From: Escherichia coli
GTDB taxonomy: Bacteria > Pseudomonadota > Gammaproteobacteria > Enterobacterales > Enterobacteriaceae
Length of the DNA stretch: 64,000 bases
Reading direction: 5' to 3' (one strand)
Assembly: GCF_044324785.1 (NCBI RefSeq)
Contig: NZ_CP172127.1
Below are positions 53,082 to 62,502 of the stretch, one piece after another (position 1 is the first letter of the stretch; the number at the start of each line of letters is the position of its first letter). A model generated the notes under the pieces. It saw nothing but the letters and a program-made list of their open reading frames with translations. It did no database searches and had not been told where the DNA came from. Position numbers and translations under genes: made by a program.

Positions 53082-53939
53082 GTGAAAGCTGACAACCCTT
53101 TTGATCTTTTACTTCCTGCAGCAATGGCCAAAGTGGCCGAAGAGGCAGGTGTCTATAAAGCAACGAAACATCCGCTTAAGACTTTCTATCTGGCGATTAC
53201 CGCCGGTGTTTTCATCTCAATCGCATTCGTCTTCTATATCACAGCAACCACTGGCACAGGAACAATGCCCTTCGGCATGGCAAAACTGGTTGGCGGCATT
53301 TGCTTCTCTCTGGGGCTGATTCTTTGTGTTGTCTGCGGAGCCGATCTCTTTACTTCCACAGTGTTGATTGTTGTTGCTAAGGCGAGTGGGCGCATCACCT
53401 GGGGTCAGTTGGCGAAAAACTGGCTAAATGTCTATTTTGGCAACCTGGTCGGCGCACTGCTGTTTGTACTTTTAATGTGGCTTTCCGGCGAGTATATGAC
53501 CGCGAATGGTCAATGGGGACTAAACGTTCTACAAACCGCCGACCACAAAGTGCACCATACTTTTATTGAGGCCGTCTGTCTTGGTATCCTGGCAAACCTG
53601 ATGGTATGTCTGGCAGTATGGATGAGTTATTCTGGCCGCAGCCTGATGGATAAAGCGTTCATTATGGTGCTGCCGGTCGCGATGTTTGTTGCCAGCGGTT
53701 TTGAGCACAGTATCGCAAACATGTTTATGATCCCGATGGGTATTGTAATCCGCGACTTCGCATCTCCGGAATTCTGGACCGCTGTCGGTTCTGCACCGGA
53801 AAATTTTTCTCACCTGACCGTGATGAACTTCATCACTGATAACCTGATTCCGGTTACGATCGGTAATATTATCGGCGGTGGTTTGTTGGTTGGGTTGACA
53901 TACTGGGTCATTTACCTGCGTGAAAACGATCACCATTAA
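53082..53939 (+). CDS. focA: formate channel FocA (GTG start)
   Basis: 285 aa from the GTG at 53082 (VKADNPFDLLLPAAMAKV...); the ORF-track 398-aa ORF is an in-frame upstream extension through the AT-rich leader. Confidence 0.9.
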   Translation: MKADNPFDLLLPAAMAKVAEEAGVYKATKHPLKTFYLAITAGVFISIAFVFYITATTGTGTMPFGMAKLVGGICFSLGLILCVVCGADLFTSTVLIVVAKASGRITWGQLAKNWLNVYFGNLVGALLFVLLMWLSGEYMTANGQWGLNVLQTADHKVHHTFIEAVCLGILANLMVCLAVWMSYSGRSLMDKAFIMVLPVAMFVASGFEHSIANMFMIPMGIVIRDFASPEFWTAVGSAPENFSHLTVMNFITDNLIPVTIGNIIGGGLLVGLTYWVIYLRENDHH

Positions 53940-53993
53940 TGGTTGTCGAAGTACGCAGTAAATAAAAAATCCACTTAAGAAGGTAGGTGTTAC

Positions 53994-56276
53994 ATGTCCG
54001 AGCTTAATGAAAAGTTAGCCACAGCCTGGGAAGGTTTTACCAAAGGTGACTGGCAGAATGAAGTAAACGTCCGTGACTTCATTCAGAAAAACTACACTCC
54101 GTACGAGGGTGACGAGTCCTTCCTGGCTGGCGCTACTGAAGCGACCACCACCCTGTGGGACAAAGTAATGGAAGGCGTTAAACTGGAAAACCGCACTCAC
54201 GCGCCAGTTGACTTTGACACCGCTGTTGCTTCCACCATCACCTCTCACGACGCTGGCTACATCAACAAAGCGTTGGAAAAAGTTGTTGGTCTGCAGACTG
54301 AAGCTCCGCTGAAACGTGCTCTTATCCCGTTCGGTGGTATCAAAATGATCGAAGGTTCCTGCAAAGCGTACAACCGCGAACTGGACCCGATGATCAAAAA
54401 AATCTTCACTGAATACCGTAAAACTCACAACCAGGGCGTGTTCGACGTTTACACTCCGGACATCCTGCGTTGCCGTAAATCCGGTGTTCTGACCGGTCTG
54501 CCAGATGCTTATGGCCGTGGTCGTATCATCGGTGACTACCGTCGCGTTGCGCTGTACGGTATCGACTACCTGATGAAAGACAAACTTGCACAGTTCACCT
54601 CTCTGCAGGCTGATCTGGAAAACGGCGTAAACCTGGAACAGACTATCCGTCTGCGCGAAGAAATCGCTGAACAGCACCGCGCTCTGGGTCAGATGAAAGA
54701 AATGGCTGCGAAATACGGCTACGACATCTCTGGTCCGGCTACCAACGCTCAGGAAGCTATCCAGTGGACTTACTTCGGCTACCTGGCTGCTGTTAAGTCT
54801 CAGAACGGTGCTGCAATGTCCTTCGGTCGTACCTCCACCTTCCTGGATGTGTACATCGAACGTGACCTGAAAGCTGGCAAGATCACCGAACAAGAAGCGC
54901 AGGAAATGGTTGACCACCTGGTCATGAAACTGCGTATGGTTCGCTTCCTGCGTACTCCGGAATACGATGAACTGTTCTCTGGCGACCCGATCTGGGCAAC
55001 CGAATCTATCGGTGGTATGGGCCTCGACGGTCGTACCCTGGTTACCAAAAACAGCTTCCGTTTCCTGAACACCCTGTACACCATGGGTCCGTCTCCGGAA
55101 CCGAACATGACCATTCTGTGGTCTGAAAAACTGCCGCTGAACTTCAAGAAATTCGCCGCTAAAGTGTCCATCGACACCTCTTCTCTGCAGTATGAGAACG
55201 ATGACCTGATGCGTCCGGACTTCAACAACGATGACTACGCTATCGCTTGCTGCGTAAGCCCGATGATCGTTGGTAAACAAATGCAGTTCTTCGGTGCGCG
55301 TGCAAACCTGGCGAAAACCATGCTGTACGCAATCAACGGTGGCGTTGACGAAAAACTGAAAATGCAGGTTGGTCCGAAGTCTGAACCGATCAAAGGCGAT
55401 CTCCTGAACTACGATGAAGTGATGGAGCGCATGGATCACTTCATGGACTGGCTGGCTAAACAGTACATCACTGCACTGAACATCATCCACTACATGCACG
55501 ACAAGTACAGCTACGAAGCCTCTCTGATGGCGCTGCACGACCGTGACGTTATCCGCACCATGGCGTGTGGTATCGCTGGTCTGTCCGTTGCTGCTGACTC
55601 CCTGTCTGCAATCAAATATGCGAAAGTTAAACCGATTCGTGACGAAGACGGTCTGGCTATCGACTTCGAAATCGAAGGCGAATACCCGCAGTTTGGTAAC
55701 AACGATCCGCGTGTAGATGACCTGGCTGTTGACCTGGTAGAACGTTTCATGAAGAAAATTCAGAAACTGCACACCTACCGTGACGCAATCCCGACTCAGT
55801 CTGTTCTGACCATCACTTCTAACGTTGTGTATGGTAAGAAAACTGGTAACACCCCAGACGGTCGTCGTGCTGGCGCGCCGTTCGGACCGGGTGCTAACCC
55901 GATGCACGGTCGTGACCAGAAAGGTGCTGTAGCGTCTCTGACTTCCGTTGCTAAACTGCCGTTTGCTTACGCTAAAGATGGTATCTCCTACACCTTCTCT
56001 ATCGTTCCGAACGCACTGGGTAAAGACGACGAAGTTCGTAAGACCAACCTGGCAGGTCTGATGGATGGTTACTTCCACCACGAAGCATCCATCGAAGGTG
56101 GTCAGCACCTGAACGTTAACGTGATGAACCGTGAAATGCTGCTCGACGCGATGGAAAACCCGGAAAAATATCCGCAGCTGACCATCCGTGTATCTGGCTA
56201 CGCAGTACGTTTCAACTCGCTGACTAAAGAACAGCAGCAGGACGTTATTACTCGTACCTTCACTCAATCTATGTAA
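53994..56276 (+). CDS. pflB: pyruvate formate-lyase (formate C-acetyltransferase)
   Basis: 760 aa with C-terminal glycyl-radical motif (RVSGYAVRF). Confidence 0.97.
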   Translation: MSELNEKLATAWEGFTKGDWQNEVNVRDFIQKNYTPYEGDESFLAGATEATTTLWDKVMEGVKLENRTHAPVDFDTAVASTITSHDAGYINKALEKVVGLQTEAPLKRALIPFGGIKMIEGSCKAYNRELDPMIKKIFTEYRKTHNQGVFDVYTPDILRCRKSGVLTGLPDAYGRGRIIGDYRRVALYGIDYLMKDKLAQFTSLQADLENGVNLEQTIRLREEIAEQHRALGQMKEMAAKYGYDISGPATNAQEAIQWTYFGYLAAVKSQNGAAMSFGRTSTFLDVYIERDLKAGKITEQEAQEMVDHLVMKLRMVRFLRTPEYDELFSGDPIWATESIGGMGLDGRTLVTKNSFRFLNTLYTMGPSPEPNMTILWSEKLPLNFKKFAAKVSIDTSSLQYENDDLMRPDFNNDDYAIACCVSPMIVGKQMQFFGARANLAKTMLYAINGGVDEKLKMQVGPKSEPIKGDLLNYDEVMERMDHFMDWLAKQYITALNIIHYMHDKYSYEASLMALHDRDVIRTMACGIAGLSVAADSLSAIKYAKVKPIRDEDGLAIDFEIEGEYPQFGNNDPRVDDLAVDLVERFMKKIQKLHTYRDAIPTQSVLTITSNVVYGKKTGNTPDGRRAGAPFGPGANPMHGRDQKGAVASLTSVAKLPFAYAKDGISYTFSIVPNALGKDDEVRKTNLAGLMDGYFHHEASIEGGQHLNVNVMNREMLLDAMENPEKYPQLTIRVSGYAVRFNSLTKEQQQDVITRTFTQSM

Positions 56277-56317
56277 TTAGATTTGACTGAAATCGTACAG
56301 TAAAAAGCGTACAATAA

Positions 56318-56345
56318 AGGCTCCACGAAAGTGGGGCCTTTTTTA
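56318..56345 (+). terminator. rho-independent terminator downstream of pflB
   Basis: AGGCTCCAC-GAAA-GTGGGGCCT hairpin followed by TTTTTT. Confidence 0.75.
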
Positions 56346-56467
56346 GCACGAGAGCCTTTTTTGTCAGCTATCTATACTTTAATGTGACTGCCAAAACAGA
56401 CTCGACGTAGCCTTCGAGCTGCGCACCAACACGGCCTCAGATGGGCCACATCTGGAGAAACACCGCA

Positions 56468-57208
56468 ATGTCAGTTATTGGTCGCATTCACTCCTTTGAA
56501 TCCTGTGGAACCGTAGACGGCCCGGGTATTCGCTTTATCACCTTTTTCCAGGGCTGCCTGATGCGCTGCCTGTATTGTCATAACCGCGACACCTGGGATA
56601 CGCATGGCGGTAAAGAAGTTACCGTTGAAGATTTAATGAAGGAAGTGGTGACCTATCGCCACTTTATGAACGCTTCCGGCGGCGGCGTTACCGCATCCGG
56701 TGGTGAAGCAATCCTGCAAGCCGAGTTCGTTCGCGACTGGTTCCGCGCCTGCAAAAAAGAAGGCATTCATACCTGTCTGGACACTAACGGTTTTGTTCGT
56801 CGTTACGATCCAGTAATTGATGAACTTCTGGAAGTGACCGACCTGGTAATGCTCGATCTCAAACAGATGAACGACGAAATCCACCAGAATCTGGTAGGCG
56901 TTTCCAACCATCGTACACTCGAGTTTGCTAAATATCTGGCGAACAAAAATGTGAAAGTCTGGATACGTTATGTCGTAGTACCTGGCTGGTCTGACGATGA
57001 CGATTCAGCTCATCGCCTCGGTGAATTTACTCGCGATATGGGTAACGTCGAAAAAATCGAGCTCCTCCCCTACCATGAGTTAGGCAAACATAAGTGGGTG
57101 GCGATGGGCGAAGAGTACAAACTCGACGGTGTGAAACCACCGAAAAAAGAAACCATGGAGCGAGTGAAAGGGATTCTTGAGCAATATGGTCATAAAGTGA
57201 TGTTCTAA
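56468..57208 (+). CDS. pflA: pyruvate formate-lyase activating enzyme (radical SAM)
   Basis: 246 aa from the ATG at 56468 ([23 protein letters not shown]) with the CxxxCxxC radical-SAM cluster motif ([10 protein letters not shown]). Confidence 0.95.
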   Translation: MSVIGRIHSFESCGTVDGPGIRFITFFQGCLMRCLYCHNRDTWDTHGGKEVTVEDLMKEVVTYRHFMNASGGGVTASGGEAILQAEFVRDWFRACKKEGIHTCLDTNGFVRRYDPVIDELLEVTDLVMLDLKQMNDEIHQNLVGVSNHRTLEFAKYLANKNVKVWIRYVVVPGWSDDDDSAHRLGEFTRDMGNVEKIELLPYHELGKHKWVAMGEEYKLDGVKPPKKETMERVKGILEQYGHKVMF

Positions 57209-57264
57209 AACATCATGTGCAGGCTGAATTCCGACCTGCCACCCCTTCCTTTAGTAGTAAAAAG

Positions 57265-57300
57265 TAAATCAGCGTTGAGAACATGCTCGACGCTGATTTA
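57265..57300. terminator. hairpin between convergent pflA and the bcsC-like gene
   Basis: Inverted repeat TAAATCAGCG ... CGCTGATTTA around a 16-nt loop; an A-run on the plus-strand 5' side gives a T-run on the minus strand, so it most plausibly terminates the bcsC-like transcript. Confidence 0.4.
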
Positions 57301-57342
57301 CTGGATTTAATTTCCGAGTTTTAACCTTCTGATTCTACCTCA

Positions 57343-60300
57343 TTACCAGTCGGCGTAAGGTATCAGCGGCTGCGGCGGTAAATCCATGTCGCCCTGCCAT
57401 CCGGCGGCGGAATACCGCACGTAGAGCAGGAAATGGCTTGGCGCATAATCTTTCGCCTGCTGGATATCAATCGCCGTGCCGACAAACCAGTTGGACGTGA
57501 CGCGACGCTCAAGTAACGCCCGCGCCGTGTAGCCAAAGCCCTGACTGCTGCCGCCGTCGTTGGTCTGACTGGCGGCATCCTCTTTCCAGTCCGTCGGGAT
57601 CAGGTTCATCAGCGGATAACGCGGCATGGTTTTGGTGCGCGAATGCGACCACGAGCCAGACGCACCCAGCTCCCACGACCAGTTTTCCGTCCGCTCCCGC
57701 CACATCACCGGTATGGCAAACGACAGGTATTCCTGCGGGCTGTAGTAACCGCCCTGACCAAGTGAGTAGCCACTCAGGTCTTTGTCGTAATGCCAGATCA
57801 TATTGTTAAGACCAATGGTCACACGGCGATTATTCTGGTTGATGATCTTATAGTAATAGCCCGTCATCCAGCGCACGCGCCAGTTATCTTCGACATTTTT
57901 ACCGGTTAACTGGTCACCGCTAAGCGATGCCCAGACGCCGTTTGCTTCACCTTTATCGTAGCTCAGGCTTAGCCCCACGCCGTCGGCACGCACGCCGCCC
58001 CATTTTTTCCCGGTATTGCTCGGGGAGTCTTTTTGCCCGCCAAAGGCCAGCAAAGAACTGGAGATGGGCCGACGGTGGGCGTTAACGGTGTAACCCAGCG
58101 GCCCGATATCATCGCTGTAACTGATGCCGCCGACCACATCCACCACGTTGAAGCCCATCGGCGTGGTGCCGATATCCCAGCTCCAGACGTCATTTCGCCA
58201 GCCGACCGCCACGCTGGCACCGGAATCCGACTGGCTGCGGTTGCCGCTACAGTCCTGTAATGTACAGGTGCCCCAGTTGTCATCCCATTTGCCATCGGCA
58301 TTAGTGGAGAAACTGCCGACGTTCATATTGACGAAATCACTGCGAAAGAACATCCGCCCGTCAGAGTACGGCGCATCCACCTGCAACATGGTGGTGTGCG
58401 CTTTCAGATCGGAGTAACCACCGGTGCCGCTCGAACCCCAGTAATCGTGCTCGAGGGTGACGTTAAGATCCTGCTGGCGATAGAGGTCCGCTGCATCGCT
58501 GCGCACGCCGCGTTTCAGCCAGTCATCTTTCTCGTCGTTACGGGTCAGCCGGGTAAAGGTGTCGTTATCCTGCGGACGCGTCGTGGTCACACCGGATGCG
58601 ACCATCGCGTCTTTGTAGGTTTCCAGCGCCTGCGTTGGATCGCCCGCCTGCGCTTCAAACTTCGCACCGTCGCGCAGCACCATCGCGCTTTCCATCGACG
58701 GTGGCTGAGATTTTGCCTGCGGGATCAACTTATTAAACGTCTGCTGCGCCGCTGCGGTATCGCCAAGCTGCGCCTGCGCCAGCGCCACGCGCCGCTGAGT
58801 GTTCAGAGAGGCGTTATCAGTGGCGGGCAGTTTCGCCAGCTGGCTACGTGCCGCCGCTTTGTCACCGGCAGCAATATCCACTTCCGTCAGACCAAGAATG
58901 GCATCGGCGTTAGTTGGCTCCCGCGTCAGGACATTCTGATATGCAGCGCGAGCGGCGGTGTAATCACGTCGTTGTTGCGCCCAGTCAGCCAGCGTGAGGT
59001 CAATACGCGAGGAAGGCGGTTGCTGGCGCAGCATCGCTTCCGCTTCTGCCTCTTTGCCGCTTTCTCGCAGGCGATTAGCGGTTTCCAACACCTGATCGCT
59101 TTGCAGTCGATTAACCAGCTCCTGAATATTGCTGCTCCACTGCGCGCGCGGCAGGCTGTTGATATGCGCCAGCGCCGCTCTGTCCTGGTCATGACCAGAG
59201 AGATACAGCCCGTAAGCGTAAACCTGCTCCGGGTCGTTCGGCTTCTGCTGCGCCAGATTGCGCATTAACGTATCGGCCTGGCTGCGTTGTCCGGCCTGCC
59301 AGAGATCCTGTGAAAGTCGGTAAGTAATCCATACACTGCCGGGGTCCAGCGCCAGTCGCTGGCGCTGAAGTGCTGCTGCCTGCGCCCATTTGCCCTGTTT
59401 TTCCAGCGCTTCGGCCTGCTGTGACAAACGGTCATTTTGCAGGCTGCGTTCGATATCATCAATGCTACGCCGCTGACTGGCAGAGAGCGAGGCGATAAAC
59501 GCTTCAGCCTTTTCTGGCGATTGCTGGCGGTATATATTCGCCAGCCCGCGCACGGCGTTAGTGTTGCCGCTGTCCATACGCAAGGTCTGCTGATAATAAC
59601 GTTCGGCGGCGGGATAATCTTTTCGCGCCATCGCCACATCGCCCAGCCCCAGCACTGCATAGCTGTCGGTGTTATCGACATTACGCGCCTGCTGGAACAG
59701 GCGTTCTGCCCGGTCAGGATTATTGGCTTTCAGCGCAGCATCGCCCTGCTGGATCGCCAGCCAGTAGCGGTTTACTTTCAGGAGACTGTTCCATTTGTCG
59801 TTGTTGCTGCTGTGCGGATCCAGGGCGAGGGCTTTTTCCAGATTCGCCACCGCATTGGCGCGATCGCCTTTCTGAGAATACGCCTGGCCCAGCGCTCCAA
59901 ATATGGCACCAGAGTCAGGATTATCAATATTAAGTATTTTCAACTGACGAATCGCTTCGTTGCGACGGGAGGCAATTTGCGTCATTGCCCCCCAGTATTC
60001 CAGCGCCATTTCGATATCTGGCGGTGCACCGTTAAATAGCTTGTCGTAACTGTCGATAGCCTCTTTATGTCGCCCGGAGATAGCTTGTAAGCGTGCCATT
60101 TGCAGTGCCTGACGCCCCTCAGGCGAAGAAAGTCGCATGGCCGTGCGCGATGCTTTATATATTTTTGAATCAGGAGCGAGCAGGGAAAGTCTGGCAAGTT
60201 GTTTTTGCGCGCCTTCAATATCTCCCTTACGCAGCAGATAGCGAAAACGCGCCGCAACGACATCTGGATTATCAGGTTCCGCCAATTCAAGACGATAAAG

Positions 60301-60450
60301 CGACTGTTCGACCAGATCTTCACGATGAATGTCTTCGCCTAACCGAATCTGCGCCATTAACAGCTTGTGTGCAGTTGGTGTGGCTTTCGCCATCGACATT
60401 ACCGCCAAACCAAGGGATATTGTGAGTAAATTTAGGGTGAATTTGTACAT
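57343..60450 (-). CDS. bcsC: BcsC-like outer membrane polysaccharide export protein (TPR repeats plus C-terminal beta-barrel), 1035 aa
   Basis: Signal peptide; long TPR-rich N-terminal region (repeated A/L/Q/R-rich about 34-aa units); aromatic-rich C-terminal beta-barrel ending PLIPYADW; directly downstream of a BcsB-like gene. Call based on architecture and recalled similarity, not a database search. Confidence 0.75.
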   Translation of the reverse strand: MYKFTLNLLTISLGLAVMSMAKATPTAHKLLMAQIRLGEDIHREDLVEQSLYRLELAEPDNPDVVAARFRYLLRKGDIEGAQKQLARLSLLAPDSKIYKASRTAMRLSSPEGRQALQMARLQAISGRHKEAIDSYDKLFNGAPPDIEMALEYWGAMTQIASRRNEAIRQLKILNIDNPDSGAIFGALGQAYSQKGDRANAVANLEKALALDPHSSNNDKWNSLLKVNRYWLAIQQGDAALKANNPDRAERLFQQARNVDNTDSYAVLGLGDVAMARKDYPAAERYYQQTLRMDSGNTNAVRGLANIYRQQSPEKAEAFIASLSASQRRSIDDIERSLQNDRLSQQAEALEKQGKWAQAAALQRQRLALDPGSVWITYRLSQDLWQAGQRSQADTLMRNLAQQKPNDPEQVYAYGLYLSGHDQDRAALAHINSLPRAQWSSNIQELVNRLQSDQVLETANRLRESGKEAEAEAMLRQQPPSSRIDLTLADWAQQRRDYTAARAAYQNVLTREPTNADAILGLTEVDIAAGDKAAARSQLAKLPATDNASLNTQRRVALAQAQLGDTAAAQQTFNKLIPQAKSQPPSMESAMVLRDGAKFEAQAGDPTQALETYKDAMVASGVTTTRPQDNDTFTRLTRNDEKDDWLKRGVRSDAADLYRQQDLNVTLEHDYWGSSGTGGYSDLKAHTTMLQVDAPYSDGRMFFRSDFVNMNVGSFSTNADGKWDDNWGTCTLQDCSGNRSQSDSGASVAVGWRNDVWSWDIGTTPMGFNVVDVVGGISYSDDIGPLGYTVNAHRRPISSSLLAFGGQKDSPSNTGKKWGGVRADGVGLSLSYDKGEANGVWASLSGDQLTGKNVEDNWRVRWMTGYYYKIINQNNRRVTIGLNNMIWHYDKDLSGYSLGQGGYYSPQEYLSFAIPVMWRERTENWSWELGASGSWSHSRTKTMPRYPLMNLIPTDWKEDAASQTNDGGSSQGFGYTARALLERRVTSNWFVGTAIDIQQAKDYAPSHFLLYVRYSAAGWQGDMDLPPQPLIPYADW

Positions 60451-60562
60451 GCCTGCCTCAATCAGGTGTTAACTCACTTTTTATTAAAAACAGAACGGGC
60501 GCAGCTCCCTGCCTGTATAAAGTCAGGACAGAATGGAGCCGCAAAATAGAAATGATGATGAA

Positions 60563-61166
60563 TTACTGTTGATGAGGGTTCAGACGACGGCGACTAATGT
60601 TACGTAACAGACTCCATACTACCCACGCCAATAGCACCACACTGAGAGTTGCCAGCACTGCCAGTAGAATGGGATGTCTGGCTAACACATATTGCACTCG
60701 TTCAATCCAGGGGAGATGCCCAACGTAATAAGTATCTCCAACTCGTAAACTATTGATGCCAGATTCACGAATAACCGCGACTGAACCAAAAATATTGCCG
60801 CGTTTTGTACTATTAATTAACGCATTGTTGAGTAGCGTATCTCCGCGTGATCCCTCGGACATTAAAGCAATTACGCTGCGTTGGGTATGATATGGAGACT
60901 GAAAACCAACTATCGCCGCCATTGGCAATGGAGAATTTATAGTTGTTTGTATTTCAGGTTTTTGATCGTCGTTATCTGTCATAATTTTGGCGTAATCAGA
61001 GTGTCGTATTGGGCTTTTTACCCAACTTGTTGTTGCCTCAATGAGCAGATTAATTTGCTGATTGTCTGCAAATTCTTGCGGAAGTCTTCCTATTAACAGG
61101 ATATCTGAATCCTTGCCCTGGACAGAACCTATATCATCAGTAATTGTCAGATTAATTGCCGGAGAT
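60563..61166 (-). pseudogene. bcsB: 3' portion of BcsB-like gene (cellulose synthase periplasmic subunit) separated from its 5' portion by IS2
   Basis: Reading frame is open from the IS2 boundary (61166) through the ORF-track ORF 60563..60982 and ends in a C-terminal TM anchor (HPILLAVLATLSVVLLAWVVWSLL); frame is continuous with the 5' part once IS2 plus one TSD copy are removed. Confidence 0.7.
61162..61166. repeat. IS2 target-site duplication GAGAT (copy 1)
   Basis: GAGAT immediately flanks both IS2 termini. Confidence 0.9.
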
Positions 61167-61177
61167 TGGATTTGCCC

Positions 61178-62083
61178 CTATATTTCCAGACACCTGTTAT
61201 CACTTAACCCATTACTGGCCTGCTGCCGCAGATATTCCCGTGGCGAGCGATAACCCAGTGCACTATGCGGATGCCATTCGTTATAATGCTCGAACGCCTC
61301 TGCAAGGTTCTTTGCTGCCGTTAACCCGTCTGGTTTAGGCATGATACTGATGTAGTCACGCTTTATCGTTTTCACGAAGCTCTCTGCTATGCCGTTACTC
61401 TCCGGACTCCGCACCGCCGTGTTCTTCGGTTCAAGCCCCAACATCCGGGCAAACTGCCGTGTTTCATTAGCCCGGTAGCATGAACCATTATCCGTCAGCC
61501 ACTCTACTGGAGACGCCGGAAGCTCGTTGCCGAAGCGGCGTTCCACCGCTCCCAGCATTACGTCCTGTACTGTTTCACTGTCGAAGCCGCCCGTAGTGAC
61601 TGCCCAGTGCAGTGCCTCACGGTCACAGCAGTCCAGCGCGAACGTGACTCGCAGTTTTTCTCCGTTATCACAGCGGAACTCGAACCCGTCAGAGCACCAT
61701 CGTTGATTGCTTTCTTTCACGGCCACTTTGCCAGTATGTGCCCGTTTCGATGGCGGTACAGCGGTTTTTCGCTCAAGCAACAGCGCATTCTGGCGCATGA
61801 TCCGGTAAACACGTTTGGCATTGATCGCAGGCATACCATCAAGTTCGGCCTGTCTGCGAAGCAGCGCCCATACCCGACGATAACCATACGTGGGCAGCTC
61901 TCCGATAACATGGTGTATACGGAGAAGCACATCCGTATCATCTGAGTGACGGCTGCGGCGACCATCTTTCCAGTCATCGGTTCGTCTGAGAATTACGTGC
62001 AACTGCGCACGCGACACCCGGAGACAACGGCTGACTAAGCTTACTCCCCATCCCCGGGCAATAAGGGCGCGTGCGCTATCCAC
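61178..62083 (-). CDS. insD: IS2 transposase OrfB (InsD), DDE integrase domain
   Basis: 301-aa ORF beginning [29 protein letters not shown], with rve-type catalytic region; overlaps insC in the -1 frame as expected for IS3-family frameshifting. Confidence 0.9.
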
Positions 62084-62406
62084 TTTTTTGCACGCCCGTA
62101 TTCAACGGCTTCTTTAAGGAGTTCATTTTCCATCGTTTTTTTGCCGAGCAGGCGCTGGAGTTCTTTAATCTGCTTCATGGCAGCAGCAAGTTCAGAGGCA
62201 GGAACGACCTGCTCTCCTGCGGCCACAGCAGTAAGACTTCCCTCCTGGTATTGCTTGCGCCAGAGAAATAACTGGCTGGCTGCCACACCGTGTTGCCGGG
62301 CAACAAGGGAGACCGTCATTCCCGGTTCAAAACTCTGCTGAACAATAGCGATCTTTTCCTGTGTAGTACGCCGTCTGCGTTTCTCCGGTCCTAAGACATC
62401 AATCAT
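62041..62406 (-). CDS. insC: IS2 OrfA (InsC), helix-turn-helix regulator
   Basis: 121 aa from the ATG at 62406 ([41 protein letters not shown]...); ORF-track start over-extended. Confidence 0.9.
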
Positions 62407-62497
62407 CTGCTCTCCAATGACTAGTCTAAAAACTAGTATTAAGACTATCACTTATTTAAGTGATATTGGTTGTCTGGAGATTCAGGGGGCCAGTCTA

Positions 62498-62502
62498 GAG
62501 AT
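62498..62502. repeat. IS2 target-site duplication GAGAT (copy 2)
   Basis: GAGAT immediately flanks both IS2 termini. Confidence 0.9.

Larger units (their letters stand above)
61167..62497 (-). mobile_element. IS2 (IS3 family), complete 1331-bp copy
   Basis: Termini TGGATTTGCCCCTAT... and ...GGAGATTCAGGGGGCCAGTCTA; encodes InsC and InsD; length exactly 1331 bp; flanked by 5-bp direct repeats. Confidence 0.95.

Noticed and set aside
54015-56267. 750-aa ORF antisense to pflB
   Set aside because: It sits in the frame exactly complementary to the pflB codons. Highly expressed genes avoid TTA, CTA and TCA codons, which removes stops from the codon-aligned antisense frame, so this is a codon-bias shadow ORF and not a gene.
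58396-59268. 290-aa ORF antisense to the bcsC-like gene
   Set aside because: Antisense shadow within the TPR-coding region; arginine-rich, no independent support.
57343-60450. Alternative identity of the TPR/beta-barrel protein as NfrA or PgaA
   Set aside because: NfrA and PgaA have the same general architecture, but the immediately upstream partner here is BcsB-like (large periplasmic protein with C-terminal TM anchor), not NfrB or PgaB, and the C-terminus ends with the BcsC-like PYADW.
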